Positions 17,337 to 27,215 of a stretch of 64,000 bases of DNA are shown here, one piece after another. The DNA comes from an uncultured archaeon (GTDB taxonomy: Archaea > Aenigmatarchaeota > Aenigmatarchaeia > QMZP01 > JACQNV01). Under the pieces are notes generated by a model, which saw only the letters and a list, made by a program, of their open reading frames with translations, made no database searches and was not told the origin of the DNA. The position numbers were made by a program, and so were the translations under genes. The DNA lies in assembly GCA_964410585.1 (NCBI GenBank), contig CAYPFW010000004.1, forward strand, positions 1 through 64,000, given 5' to 3'. Numbering within the stretch: the stretch's first letter is position 1; every line of letters begins with the position of its first letter.

Positions 17337-19805
17337 ATGGTTTCTGAGAATATGCTGACAATAGACAGGATCACAGTTGAAGGTTTTAAATCGTTCAAAA
17401 GGAAGGTTTCTATTCCTATTCTTTCTGGTTTCACTGCATTCACTGGACCAAATGGTTCTGGGAAATCTTGTTTAGCAGAGAGCATATCATTTGTTTTTGG
17501 TGAGCGAGGCCTGAGAACAAAAAAAGCAGAGGAATTGATTTTCCACGGCAGCGAGAAAAAAGGAGGCTCAGACCATGCAAAAGTAGCTGTCCATTTCAAC
17601 AACAAAGATAGGGTCATACCAATTCAAGAAAATGAGGTTGTTATTTCTAGAAAAATAAACAAGAGCGGAGTCAGCTCATACAAAATAAATGGAAAAACAG
17701 TAAATAAACAGCATCTTTTGGATATCTTTTCGCAGGCAAGAATACACACAGGCGGACACAATGTCATCCATCAGGGAGACGTCACACACATCACTGAGAT
17801 GAACCCAATTGAAAGAAGGAAGATAATCGACGAGATTGCAGGAATATCTGAGTATGAAGAGAAAAAGCAAAAAGCTGGAAAAGAACTAGAACAAGTCGCT
17901 GAAAAACTAAGAGAAGCTGAAATAATTCTCACAGAAAAAAACCAGATTCTTGAAAGGATAAAATCAGATAGGGATGCGGCTGTAAAGTACAAAGACATGC
18001 AAGAAGAATTAGAAATCACAAGGGCGTCTTTGATATTCGAGGAGAAACAAAAATTGGAACAAGAGCTTTTGGATGTCAATCAAAAGATAAAAGAACTAGA
18101 ACAAGAAACACAAAAATTGGAAAAATTGGTAAAAGAATCAGATTCGCTTTTGGATGAAGAAGAGAAAAAATTAGATGATTTAACAACAAAGGTTTTCAAG
18201 GCAAATGATCAGATAGAACTGACTAAAAAAATATCTAAGTTAGAAAGCGATATTGAGAGAAAAAGGGACAAAATACAGTTCAATGAAAGAGAAATTTCTA
18301 GATTAAGAGAAGTTTCATCTACACTAAAGGGAAGCTTACCTTTCCTAAATGACTTGAAAAAGATTGCCGGTGTAGAAGGTCTGTTTTCTGAATTAGTTAT
18401 AATACCAGACAAGTTTAGGGTAGCTGTTGAAGTTGCTGCTGGTGGACATTTCAATGATGTTGTCGTTGATTCAGCAGATACAGCAGTCAAGTGTGTGAAT
18501 TTCTTGAAAAGCAACAGACTTGGAAGGGCAAGGTTTTTGCCTTTGGACAAACTAAGGCCAAATTTGAGGCAGGGCTTACCAAATGGATGTATTGACTGGC
18601 TTTCAGATGTTGTAAAATACAATGCAAAATATGCAAAGGCAGTTGACTTCACTTTGGGGTCTACTGCGTGTGTAGATAGGATAGAAAAAGCAAAGGAAAT
18701 TTTCAACAAAAACAGGGTGAGGTTGGTCACTTTAGACGGCGACTTGATAGAAGCAAGCGGTGCAATGACAGGTGGATTCTACCAGAGGAAAGGCGATAAT
18801 TATTCTGGAGCAATTGAAAAAATAAGGAAGGAAAGCGAAGATTTAGAAGATGAAATAGCTGCCTTGGAAAAAGATCTTGGAAAACTAAGGAAGGAGTCAG
18901 GATCAGAATCAATGAATGTCGAGGTCAAAAAGGTTAGGTTCGATGATAGGATAAAAAAGATAAGAGAGGAAAGGAAGCTTGCATATGAAAACAAACTAAA
19001 CGGGCTGCAAAAATTAAATGAATACAATGTGAAAAGGGCTAAGATAGAGGCTTCTTTGGACAACATAAAAGCACAATGGGAAAAATACGAGCAGATGAAA
19101 GACAAAGTGAAAAAATTAAAGCCTCAGGAATTAAAGGAAAGACAAAAATTCCTAATCACTCAAATAGAATCTTTAGGACCAATAAACCTAAAGGCTATAG
19201 ATGAGTTCAATTCTTTCAAGGACGAGTTTTCTGAATTCAAGGACAAGTTCGACAAAATAGTTGAGGAGAAAAATGCAATTGAAAAAGTTGTCAAGGAAAT
19301 AGAGGAGAAAAGAATGACAACGTTCATGTCTGCATTTAACAAGATAAACGATAATTTCAAGGTTTTGTGGCATGAACTGACAGCAGGAAAAGGCGAACTT
19401 CATTTGGAGGACCCAAAAAATATTGATACAGGACTGATTATTTCAGCCTCACCTTCTGGGAAAAGATTACTAAGTATTGATTCTATGTCTGGTGGAGAAA
19501 AGACTCTTACAGCACTTGCCTTCCTATTTTCAATACAAAGGCACAAGCCTTCTCCTTTCTATATTTTAGACGAGGCAGATGCTGCTTTGGACAAGTCAAA
19601 TACAAAGAAGTTTGCAGATATGATCAGGAAACAATCGAAATTGGCTCAGTTTATACTTGTTTCACACAATGACGAGCTTTTGAAAAACGCAGACCAGGTA
19701 TATGGTGTTTCTATGGAAGAAGGCGAGTCAAAGGTTATTGGAGTTAAACTGCCACAGGCAGCTGAGGTTGATAAGACACCAAAGGTTAAACTTCAAGCAA
19801 ATTAG
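17337..19805 (+). CDS. smc: SMC chromosome segregation ATPase with hinge and short arms (822 aa)
   Basis: GFKSF, GPNGSGKS, QGDV, hinge (GRARFLPLD, SGAMTGG), MSGGEK, ILDEADAALD. Confidence 0.93.
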   Translation: MVSENMLTIDRITVEGFKSFKRKVSIPILSGFTAFTGPNGSGKSCLAESISFVFGERGLRTKKAEELIFHGSEKKGGSDHAKVAVHFNNKDRVIPIQENEVVISRKINKSGVSSYKINGKTVNKQHLLDIFSQARIHTGGHNVIHQGDVTHITEMNPIERRKIIDEIAGISEYEEKKQKAGKELEQVAEKLREAEIILTEKNQILERIKSDRDAAVKYKDMQEELEITRASLIFEEKQKLEQELLDVNQKIKELEQETQKLEKLVKESDSLLDEEEKKLDDLTTKVFKANDQIELTKKISKLESDIERKRDKIQFNEREISRLREVSSTLKGSLPFLNDLKKIAGVEGLFSELVIIPDKFRVAVEVAAGGHFNDVVVDSADTAVKCVNFLKSNRLGRARFLPLDKLRPNLRQGLPNGCIDWLSDVVKYNAKYAKAVDFTLGSTACVDRIEKAKEIFNKNRVRLVTLDGDLIEASGAMTGGFYQRKGDNYSGAIEKIRKESEDLEDEIAALEKDLGKLRKESGSESMNVEVKKVRFDDRIKKIREERKLAYENKLNGLQKLNEYNVKRAKIEASLDNIKAQWEKYEQMKDKVKKLKPQELKERQKFLITQIESLGPINLKAIDEFNSFKDEFSEFKDKFDKIVEEKNAIEKVVKEIEEKRMTTFMSAFNKINDNFKVLWHELTAGKGELHLEDPKNIDTGLIISASPSGKRLLSIDSMSGGEKTLTALAFLFSIQRHKPSPFYILDEADAALDKSNTKKFADMIRKQSKLAQFILVSHNDELLKNADQVYGVSMEEGESKVIGVKLPQAAEVDKTPKVKLQAN

Positions 19806-19918
19806 TGTAAAACAACCAAACAATCTGTCATTGTTTTACAGCATCTGAACCAACCAGAGAACGTAGGGTATTAAGTTGATTCAGATTAGTTTTTATTTAC
19901 CCAATTTAGACAATTAAA

Positions 19919-20671
19919 ATGGAATATAAACATGCTGTTTTTTTGGACAAACCCTCTGGAATTTCAACAAAGGACTGCTTATACAAAATACAAAAAATAT
20001 ACAAAGTAAGGTTTGCAGGATATACTGGGATTTTGGATCCAAAGGTTTCTGGGATGGTTTTGGTTCTTTTAGGCGAAGCTAGGAAAGCAATGCCTCTGTT
20101 AATGGGTTTAGACAAGACATATGAGGGGATAATGTACTTGCATTCAGATATTGAAAGGGAAAAGCTAGAAGAGGCTTGCAAAAAGTTTTCTGGCAAAATA
20201 AAACAGGTTCCGCCTGCACGTTCCAGGGTTTCTAGGAAAGAAAGGGAGAGGGAAATAAAGTCTTTGGAAATCCAGAAAATAGAAGGAAGGAATGTGTGGA
20301 TGAGGATAGATTGTGAAGCAGGAACATATATCAGGAAGCTCATGCACGATATTGGCGAGGATTTAGGATGCGGTGCGCATATGAAATTTTTGAGAAGGGT
20401 TGCTGTTGGTGGGTTTACAGAAATGGCGAAATTCGAAGAATTGGAAAAAAGCCCAGAAAAATATTTGGTTCCTTTGGAGGATGTTTTGGAAAAAATTGGC
20501 ACTCGAAAAGTTTTTGTTGAAAAAGAAGATTTGGAAAAAATAAGACATGGCCAACCATTAAACAGGAGGGGGATAGAAGGGAGTGTTGGGATTTATTTTG
20601 AAAACCAAATCATAGCGCTTGGCACAGGACAAAAAGATATCCTGAAAATAGATAGGGTTTTCAATTTTTGA
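19919..20671 (+). CDS. cbf5: Cbf5/TruB-family pseudouridine synthase, shortened, with PUA-like C-terminus
   Basis: LDKPSG, GILDPKVSG, QVPPARSRV, CEAGTYIRKLMHDIG, GAHM..LRR. Confidence 0.85.
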   Translation: MEYKHAVFLDKPSGISTKDCLYKIQKIYKVRFAGYTGILDPKVSGMVLVLLGEARKAMPLLMGLDKTYEGIMYLHSDIEREKLEEACKKFSGKIKQVPPARSRVSRKEREREIKSLEIQKIEGRNVWMRIDCEAGTYIRKLMHDIGEDLGCGAHMKFLRRVAVGGFTEMAKFEELEKSPEKYLVPLEDVLEKIGTRKVFVEKEDLEKIRHGQPLNRRGIEGSVGIYFENQIIALGTGQKDILKIDRVFNF

Positions 20672-20705
20672 TAAATTATTTAAATAGGAACAGGATATTA
20701 AGTCT

Positions 20706-20909
20706 ATGTCAGTCAGTAAACAGCTTTTGGAAATAATGGCTTGCCCAAAATGCAAGGGCGACATAAAAGAGGAGAATCTTTTTTTAACATGTTCTAAATG
20801 CAAACTCGCATATCCTGTTTTGGAAGATGTTCCAGATATGCTTATAGAAGATGCATGGCCTTTAGAAAAAGCGCAGAAATCTGGGTTCAAACATGATTTA
20901 ACACTGTAA
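20706..20909 (+). CDS. trm112: Trm112 family protein
   Basis: LLEIMACPKCKG, CSKC, YPV..VPDML. Confidence 0.9.
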   Translation: MSVSKQLLEIMACPKCKGDIKEENLFLTCSKCKLAYPVLEDVPDMLIEDAWPLEKAQKSGFKHDLTL

Positions 20910-21003
20910 GACACTGCTAATTTTAGGAAAAATAAGGATATAAATTCATTTTTTTAAATAGAACAATCAGTTGGCGGCTATAGATTAATTGCTTACTGAT
21001 AAT

Positions 21004-21287
21004 GCCAGGATGGCGGAGCGGTAAATTGATTAGATAAACTCTATCAAAATCCGTGGACGCGCTCGCCTTGAGTTTCGATGATTTGATGGCTTGACTCTGA
21101 CAGCTAGTCTTCTTTTAGAAAAAGAAGGCTACCGTACCCAAGAAAACTAATATACATATACGGTATGTTAACACATAGCCAGAAAAATAGGCGGACATGA
21201 AGAGCATCAGTCTTGTATGATGAAAATCTTCGAAAGAAAGATAGCGAGTGGGCCTAGCCCACCCAGGTTCGAATCCTGGTCCTGGCG
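21004..21287 (+). tRNA. tRNA-Ser(TGA) with a 33-nt D-loop intron (~21024-21056) and a 170-nt canonical intron (21073-21242)
   Basis: GCCAGGA/TCCTGGC-G, CTCGC-CTTGAG|A-GCGAG, long variable arm TGGGCCTAGCCCA; mature 81 nt. Confidence 0.9.
21103..21165 (+). repeat. Module-B repeat inside the tRNA-Ser intron
   Basis: GCTAGTCTTCTTTTAGAAAAAGAAGGCTACCGTACCCAAGAAAACTAATATACA. Confidence 0.88.
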
Positions 21288-21289
21288 TT

Positions 21290-21709
21290 TTATTCTTTCC
21301 GCGGTGCACCGTATCTTCCAGATCTGATTGTTTGAGTTCTTGGACGATCTGGTCCGCGTTGCTTGCTATTGTACTCAGTATTTGCTGCATCTAAATACTG
21401 TCTCCAATCTGCATTTATTCCAGTGATTTCTACAATGTGTGCGAACCTATCTTCAAACCTTTTCAATCTTGGATTTGAATGTATAGAATCAGCTCCGCTG
21501 TGGAAGGCACCTAGTGATTTCCTATCTGAAACATGTCCATATGCTATAAATCTTAAAACCTGCTCTGTCTCAGTTTTTGGAAGAGCGACTTTTTGTCGAT
21601 CACTCTGCAAAAAAAGTTCATATGCTGCATCAAGTCTACTAGAAACTTCAACTGGATCTAAATCTGGACTCAGACTTTCTCTAATTAGCCTTACAATTTC
21701 TTCTGACAT
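21290..21709 (-). CDS. Hypothetical protein
   Basis: 139-aa ORF with SD AGGAG, directly downstream of the DHH gene. Confidence 0.65.
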   Translation of the reverse strand: MSEEIVRLIRESLSPDLDPVEVSSRLDAAYELFLQSDRQKVALPKTETEQVLRFIAYGHVSDRKSLGAFHSGADSIHSNPRLKRFEDRFAHIVEITGINADWRQYLDAANTEYNSKQRGPDRPRTQTIRSGRYGAPRKE

Positions 21710-21713
21710 GCTC

Positions 21714-22655
21714 CTATTTAGAAGAAAGAGTTAAAAGTTTATCTAAAGCTTTTAAGAATTTCTCGAAGCTACCATCTGGAATCCTTGCACCAGCTGCTCC
21801 AGGATGTCCACCACCAGAACCACCGACAACTTCAGCTGCTTTTTCAGCAAGCTCGTGTAAAGGGAAAGGCTTTTTGCTTCTCAAAGTTATATCTAAAAAA
21901 TCTCTTCTCTTAAAACAAGATACACCAACATCTTTTTTCCCAGCTGTTGCAGCAAACAAAGCAGAAGGCCCTCTAAAACCAAAATATTTGTCATATACAA
22001 AATATGCTAAGTTGTCCAAGATTTTGACTTTTGATTTTACAGTTTTGTAGAGCTCAAACTCTCTTTTAACAGCTTCCTTCGCAGACTGAACAAGTCCTGG
22101 AAAATCTGAAGGATTTTTTCCACTTGCCAAAAGTTGGATAATTTCTCTCTTTTTATCATAGGAGGAAAACTCGTCGTTTTTTATTCCTAAAACAAGTGTC
22201 GAGGCTTCGAAGTATATTGATCTTATATCCCAATCTTTCATCATTTCTTTTACAAATTTTGTGTCTTCGCAATAATCGCCAATTGCACCATATAAAGCAA
22301 CCCAAGATCTTTCTTCAGGAAGTTTGTCTCTAAAAAACTTGAATATAAGTTCTGATGTAGATGCAGATGTATCTAGCTCAAAACCTTCTGGAAAAGGCAA
22401 GTCTGGTATAGGATGATGATCGAAATACAAGAAATCTCTTTTCTGCAATTCTTTTACTATCTCCTTTGTGTCTTTTTTGTTGAAAGCCAAGTCGGCCAAA
22501 ACCAAGTTCTTTTGCTTCAAAAATTTCAAGTCTTTGAGAAGAGAAACAGGCTTTGTGAAAAACACCTTTGTTTTTGGGAAAACAGTCAAAAGAAGCGCTG
22601 CAGAGCAAATTCCATCAGCGTCTGCGTGAGTCAAAATAAGGTCTGGCTTGTCCAT
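21714..22655 (-). CDS. DHH/DHHA1 phosphoesterase (RecJ/NrnA-like)
   Basis: HADADG, DHH, GAIGD, GGGHPGAAG. Confidence 0.9.
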   Translation of the reverse strand: MDKPDLILTHADADGICSAALLLTVFPKTKVFFTKPVSLLKDLKFLKQKNLVLADLAFNKKDTKEIVKELQKRDFLYFDHHPIPDLPFPEGFELDTSASTSELIFKFFRDKLPEERSWVALYGAIGDYCEDTKFVKEMMKDWDIRSIYFEASTLVLGIKNDEFSSYDKKREIIQLLASGKNPSDFPGLVQSAKEAVKREFELYKTVKSKVKILDNLAYFVYDKYFGFRGPSALFAATAGKKDVGVSCFKRRDFLDITLRSKKPFPLHELAEKAAEVVGGSGGGHPGAAGARIPDGSFEKFLKALDKLLTLSSK

Positions 22656-22725
22656 TTTATTATTTGGTTTCTTTATTTTATATCCACAAATAAGGATATA
22701 TTGACTCTTTTTCTATTTCAGTCAT

Positions 22726-23388
22726 ATGTCAATAACAATTATCCCAACTTCACACATTGCATCTGAAAGCATAAATCAAGTAGAAGAGGCTATTTTGAAA
22801 ATAAAACCAGATTGTGTAGCAGTTGAATTAGACAAGCTTAGATATCAAAATCTAAAAACACAAGAACAGAGTTCTAACACAGATCTATTCAAACATCTTG
22901 GAGCTTCGACTTTTTTTGTTGTTTGGATTTTCAAAAAAATGCAGCAGTGGCTAGGCTCAAAAGTTGGCATACTTCCTGGTTCAGAGATGGCACAAGCAAT
23001 AGAAACATCAAAGAAAAACAACGTCAGGATTGCTTTGATAGATCAAGATATTGGGATAACTTTGACGAAAATAAAAAATATACCAAGAGGAGAAAAACTC
23101 AAACTTATTTGGTATTTGATAAAAGCACCTGTTACTGTAAAATTCTCAAAATCAAACAACATAGGGCAAATAGATTTGTCAAAAACTCCATCAGACCAAA
23201 TTGTGGAACAGGCTATTGAGATGCTGAAAAATGAATTCCCAAACCTATACAAGGTTTTGGTAGAAGACAGAAACATATACATGGCAGAAAAAATAAAAGA
23301 GCTTCAAAAACACTTTGAAAAAATTGTTGTGGTTGTTGGGGCTGGACACAAGAAAGGTTTGGGGAATTTGATAGAAGAAAGTATTTAA
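22726..23388 (+). CDS. TraB/PrgY family protein
   Basis: TSHI, VAVELD..R, PGSEM, EDRNIYM, VVVGAGH. Confidence 0.9.
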   Translation: MSITIIPTSHIASESINQVEEAILKIKPDCVAVELDKLRYQNLKTQEQSSNTDLFKHLGASTFFVVWIFKKMQQWLGSKVGILPGSEMAQAIETSKKNNVRIALIDQDIGITLTKIKNIPRGEKLKLIWYLIKAPVTVKFSKSNNIGQIDLSKTPSDQIVEQAIEMLKNEFPNLYKVLVEDRNIYMAEKIKELQKHFEKIVVVVGAGHKKGLGNLIEESI

Positions 23389-23410
23389 ATGTTCATACAG
23401 TATTTACCTC

Positions 23411-23656
23411 ATGTCAATATTTGATAGGATATCAAGCAGATATGCAAATGCTAGAACAGAAAGCGAAATGTTGCGAATAGTTAGGGTAGCATTAGAGGAT
23501 CTACAGTCTCTGTATGGTGGTGTTGAAAGTGTAAAAGATTATTTTCATCAGGCACGATCACATTTAGAGTCTGGTGATCATCATTCAGTTTTTACTTATA
23601 TAGGAATCATAGATGGTGTTATGCACTTATCAAAAATAAGAGAGGGGAATGTATAA
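23411..23656 (+). CDS. Hypothetical small protein
   Basis: 81-aa ORF with TATTTAAA upstream, filling the intergenic space. Confidence 0.55.
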   Translation: MSIFDRISSRYANARTESEMLRIVRVALEDLQSLYGGVESVKDYFHQARSHLESGDHHSVFTYIGIIDGVMHLSKIREGNV

Positions 23657-24325
23657 TTATTTCCCAAAATTCTTCTGTTGTTCCCAGTACCACTTGATTA
23701 TTTTGTCAAACTCTTTTTTGGAGAATTCAGGCCACAGTGTGTCTGTGAAATAGATTTCTGCATAACTTGCTTGGTACAACATAAAGTTGGAAAGCCTTCT
23801 CTGACCACCTGTTCTTATCACCAAATCTAAGGGCTCTTTAACCATCAAAAACTTGTCAACTGTTTCTATTGGCTTTTTGACAACAGATTTAACAGCATTA
23901 TCTATCTCAAACTTCGATCCATAAGCAAGCATTATATTGAGTATATGTTTTGAATAGTGCTTTGTTGATTCGAAGGCTTCTTTAACAGCGTCGACTAAGC
24001 TTGGTTTCCAAACAGAAGAATCTCCCAAAACCCTAACTTGTACACCATTTTCTTTTATTACAGGATCTGTCATCACCTTTTTCAATTCCTGCTCATAGAT
24101 TTTCCAAAGCTCATCAACCTCGTGTTGATCCCTTTTTAGATTTTCAGTTGATAATCCATAAATAGAAATTGTTTTTATTTCAGGATATTCTAAGCACCAT
24201 TTTAAGAAATCTTTTATTTTGTCTGTGCCTTTCCAATGGCCATCCCACGGAAGTTCACCTGATTTTTTTGCATATCTTCTATTGCCATCAGGAATTAGAC
24301 CAATGTGTATCTGTTTATTCGCCAT
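23657..24325 (-). CDS. uppS: cis-Prenyltransferase (polyprenyl diphosphate synthase)
   Basis: IPDGNRRYA, LSTENLKR, DLVIRTGG..RLSNF, LWPEF. Confidence 0.95.
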   Translation of the reverse strand: MANKQIHIGLIPDGNRRYAKKSGELPWDGHWKGTDKIKDFLKWCLEYPEIKTISIYGLSTENLKRDQHEVDELWKIYEQELKKVMTDPVIKENGVQVRVLGDSSVWKPSLVDAVKEAFESTKHYSKHILNIMLAYGSKFEIDNAVKSVVKKPIETVDKFLMVKEPLDLVIRTGGQRRLSNFMLYQASYAEIYFTDTLWPEFSKKEFDKIIKWYWEQQKNFGK

Positions 24326-25154
24326 AATCTTCCTTATCCAATCTACTTTCCATTTGCTCCAATCTTGCTATTCTTTTCTCAACAGGAGGATGTGTTGAAA
24401 ATAGATGAGTAAACCAATCTGCATGGAGAGGGTTGACAATCCACAAATGGCCTGTTGCAGCAGATCCTCTTATTGGATAGTTCTTAGCTACTTGTGATAT
24501 TTTCTTTAAAGCATTTGAAAGGGCATGTGGATTTTTTGTTATTAAAGCGCCTGTTAAATCTGCTTGATATTCTCTTCCTCTTGAAAGAGCTGATCTAACT
24601 AACAAAGCAGCTAAGGGGGCGAATATCGCAATCAACACAACTCCTAAAATATTTCCCTGTTCTCTACTATTCTGGCCAAAAAGCGACCAATACCCTATTT
24701 GCGCAATGTAAGAAATTGCGCCTGCAATCATCGCGGCTATTGAACCTATTAAAATATCGTTGTTTTTTATGTGTGCTATTTCATGTGCCAACACACCCTC
24801 TATTTCTTCCTCACTAAATTCTAGTAGACCTTTGGTCACTGCTATTGCAGCATTTTGGGGATTCCTTCCTGTTGCAAAAGCATTTGGAATGGTTTTATCA
24901 ATTACATATAGTTTTGGTTTTGGTATTTGCGATTCTTGTACCAAGTTTTCAACTATTTGATCTATTTTTTTGTCCTTGAGTTCAACTGCTCTATACAAAT
25001 TAAGCACTATTTTATCTGAATACCAATATGATATAAAGTTCACAAAAATAGAAAAAATTAAGGCCATTGTCAAGCCTACAAAGCCGCCAAAAAACCAACC
25101 TATACCCAATAAAAGCGCTGTCAAAATTGATAGCAATGTCAAAGTTCTGAACAT
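24315..25154 (-). CDS. htpX: Zinc metalloprotease HtpX (M48)
   Basis: PNAFATG, HEIAH, REYQAD, FSTHPP. Confidence 0.95.
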   Translation of the reverse strand: MFRTLTLLSILTALLLGIGWFFGGFVGLTMALIFSIFVNFISYWYSDKIVLNLYRAVELKDKKIDQIVENLVQESQIPKPKLYVIDKTIPNAFATGRNPQNAAIAVTKGLLEFSEEEIEGVLAHEIAHIKNNDILIGSIAAMIAGAISYIAQIGYWSLFGQNSREQGNILGVVLIAIFAPLAALLVRSALSRGREYQADLTGALITKNPHALSNALKKISQVAKNYPIRGSAATGHLWIVNPLHADWFTHLFSTHPPVEKRIARLEQMESRLDKEDYGE

Positions 25155-25190
25155 AATCTACCTATACAAGTTTAATTTATATGCATTTTC

Positions 25191-25661
25191 CTAGGATATC
25201 TTTAGCCATTTGCTGATTTTTGATATGTTTTCACCTATTTTATTAGTTGTATCTATTTCAATTATATTTGGTTTTTTGAACATTTGATAAACTTCTGATT
25301 TTATTATTTCCATTATTTCTGAATCTATGTTTTCTTTTATTTTTTTCTTTGTCCAATGCCTTTTTTCAAGCCTTTTTCTTAGTTCTTTTGGTTTTGTTGT
25401 TAAAAGGATGACTTTATCACAATCCATCATGTGTGAATAGTGGGACTCTAGAATTAAGTTACCCTTGAGCTTTTTAATTTCCTTATTCAAAGCACGAATA
25501 TCAACTATTTTACAATTTCTTTTTTTGTCAAAACCTGAGTATAGGTTTTTTTCTTTGGCAAGTTTATTTAATTGGATAAGCTTCCAGTCAACCGCTTTTG
25601 AGAGGGCTTTGGCTATCTTTGTTTTACCAGTTCCCGGGGTACCTGTAATACAAACTTTCAT
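25191..25661 (-). CDS. AK6/Fap7-type adenylate kinase
   Basis: ITGTPGTGKT, LILESHYSH, KIKENIDSEI. Confidence 0.88.
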   Translation of the reverse strand: MKVCITGTPGTGKTKIAKALSKAVDWKLIQLNKLAKEKNLYSGFDKKRNCKIVDIRALNKEIKKLKGNLILESHYSHMMDCDKVILLTTKPKELRKRLEKRHWTKKKIKENIDSEIMEIIKSEVYQMFKKPNIIEIDTTNKIGENISKISKWLKIS

Positions 25662-25670
25662 AGAATTAAC

Positions 25671-26210
25671 CTATAATTGCTTCCAGATTTCCTCTTGTTT
25701 TTGCTCTTTATGATTAATCCACCGAGCCAAATAAAACAAGAAATCAGAAAGTCTATTCAAATATTTTATAGTTAACTGGTTTACTGATTCTTCGCCTATG
25801 AGCAAAACAGCCTTTCTTTCAGCTCTTCTACAAACTGACCTTGCTAAATGGAGAATAGAAGATCCCTGGGAACCTCCAGGAAGTATAAAATTTTTAAGCG
25901 GAGGAAGAATTTTATCAATTTTTTCTATCATTTCTTCGATCCATTTGATATCTTCCTGACTTATTCTTTTTACATCTTTGTTCATTGGTGAAGACAAATC
26001 AGATCCCAAATCAAACAAGTTTATTTGCATTTTGTGGAGCAGACTATCGATTTCTTTGTCTTTAATTGCTGATCGAGCCAAGCCTATTATAGAGTTTAGC
26101 TCATCGACTGTTCCATAAACCTCTACTAAATTGGAAGATTTTGATACCACAGAACCACCAAACAAGTGGGTATTTCCTTTTGGATCGTCTTTGTATTTTT
26201 TTACACTCAT
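25671..26210 (-). CDS. PduO-type ATP:cob(I)alamin adenosyltransferase
   Basis: YGTVDELNS, FILPGGS, ARSVCRRAER, YLNRLSDFLF..AR. Confidence 0.92.
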   Translation of the reverse strand: MSVKKYKDDPKGNTHLFGGSVVSKSSNLVEVYGTVDELNSIIGLARSAIKDKEIDSLLHKMQINLFDLGSDLSSPMNKDVKRISQEDIKWIEEMIEKIDKILPPLKNFILPGGSQGSSILHLARSVCRRAERKAVLLIGEESVNQLTIKYLNRLSDFLFYLARWINHKEQKQEEIWKQL

Positions 26211-26254
26211 AAGAAACACAGCTACAGCAACCTATAGAAGAATTAGTTCTTGTA

Positions 26255-27184
26255 TTAAAAACCATTTGTTTTGAAGTAGTCAATTGTTTTTTTCAAGCCG
26301 TCCATTGGATCGACCTTAGGCTCCCATCCCAACTTTTCTTTTGCAAGTGATATGTCGGGTCTTCTTCTTTCAGGATCATCTTGCGGCATTTTTGTGTAGA
26401 TTATTTCAGATTTGGATTTTGTTAGACCGATAACCTTTTTGGCCAAATCAAGTATTGTCCACTCAACTGGATTGCCTAAATTTACTGGGCCTATGAAATT
26501 TTCAGAATTCATAAGTTTTACCAAACCGTCGATCATATCTGAAATGTAACAGAAAGATCGAGTTTGAGAACCGTCGCCATTGACTGTTATTGGTTTGTCT
26601 TCAAGGGCTTGTATAATGAAATTGGATACAACTCTACCGTCAAACTTGGACATTTTGGGACCATATGTATTAAAAATTCTTGCAACCTTTATATCAACTT
26701 TGTTTTGCCAGTGATAGGCGAACATCAAGGATTCTGCGACCCTTTTTCCTTCATCATAACATGATCGTGGGCCTATTGTATTCACATTTCCAAAATATGT
26801 CTCTTTTTGGGGATGGATTAAAGGGTTTCCATATATTTCAGATGTTGAAGCTTGGAGAATCCTGGCTTTAACCTGACTAGCTAATTCGAGCATATTGACC
26901 ATACCAGATGTGCTTGTTTGTATTGTTTTTATTGGGTCAAACTGATAGTGGATTGGGGAAGCTGGACAGGCTAGATTATATATTTGGTCGCACTCCACAT
27001 GTGTTGGGAAGGTTATATCCTGTCTTAGAAGCTCGAAATTTGGATTGCTGAGTAGATGGATTATATTCTTTTTAGATCCTGTGAAAAAATTGTCTAGACA
27101 TATAACTTCATGGCCTTTGTTGAGTAGGTGCTCACATAGATTGCTTCCAATAAATCCAGCTCCACCTGTAACTAAAATTCTCAT
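26255..27184 (-). CDS. UDP-glucuronate decarboxylase (SDR family)
   Basis: [35 protein letters not shown]. Confidence 0.93.
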   Translation of the reverse strand: MRILVTGGAGFIGSNLCEHLLNKGHEVICLDNFFTGSKKNIIHLLSNPNFELLRQDITFPTHVECDQIYNLACPASPIHYQFDPIKTIQTSTSGMVNMLELASQVKARILQASTSEIYGNPLIHPQKETYFGNVNTIGPRSCYDEGKRVAESLMFAYHWQNKVDIKVARIFNTYGPKMSKFDGRVVSNFIIQALEDKPITVNGDGSQTRSFCYISDMIDGLVKLMNSENFIGPVNLGNPVEWTILDLAKKVIGLTKSKSEIIYTKMPQDDPERRRPDISLAKEKLGWEPKVDPMDGLKKTIDYFKTNGF

Positions 27185-27215
27185 ACAAAAAGGTAGATTT
27201 CGATCTTAAATAGTT

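Noticed and set aside
20966-21000. Hairpin ATCAGT..ACTGAT just before tRNA-Ser
   Set aside because: Weak imperfect stem with no match to modules A-D
21073-21242. Box C/D guide RNA in the tRNA-Ser intron (CTGA, ATGAAGA, ATGATGA words)
   Set aside because: Box order and spacing do not fit C-D'-C'-D well, and the words are tied up in stems
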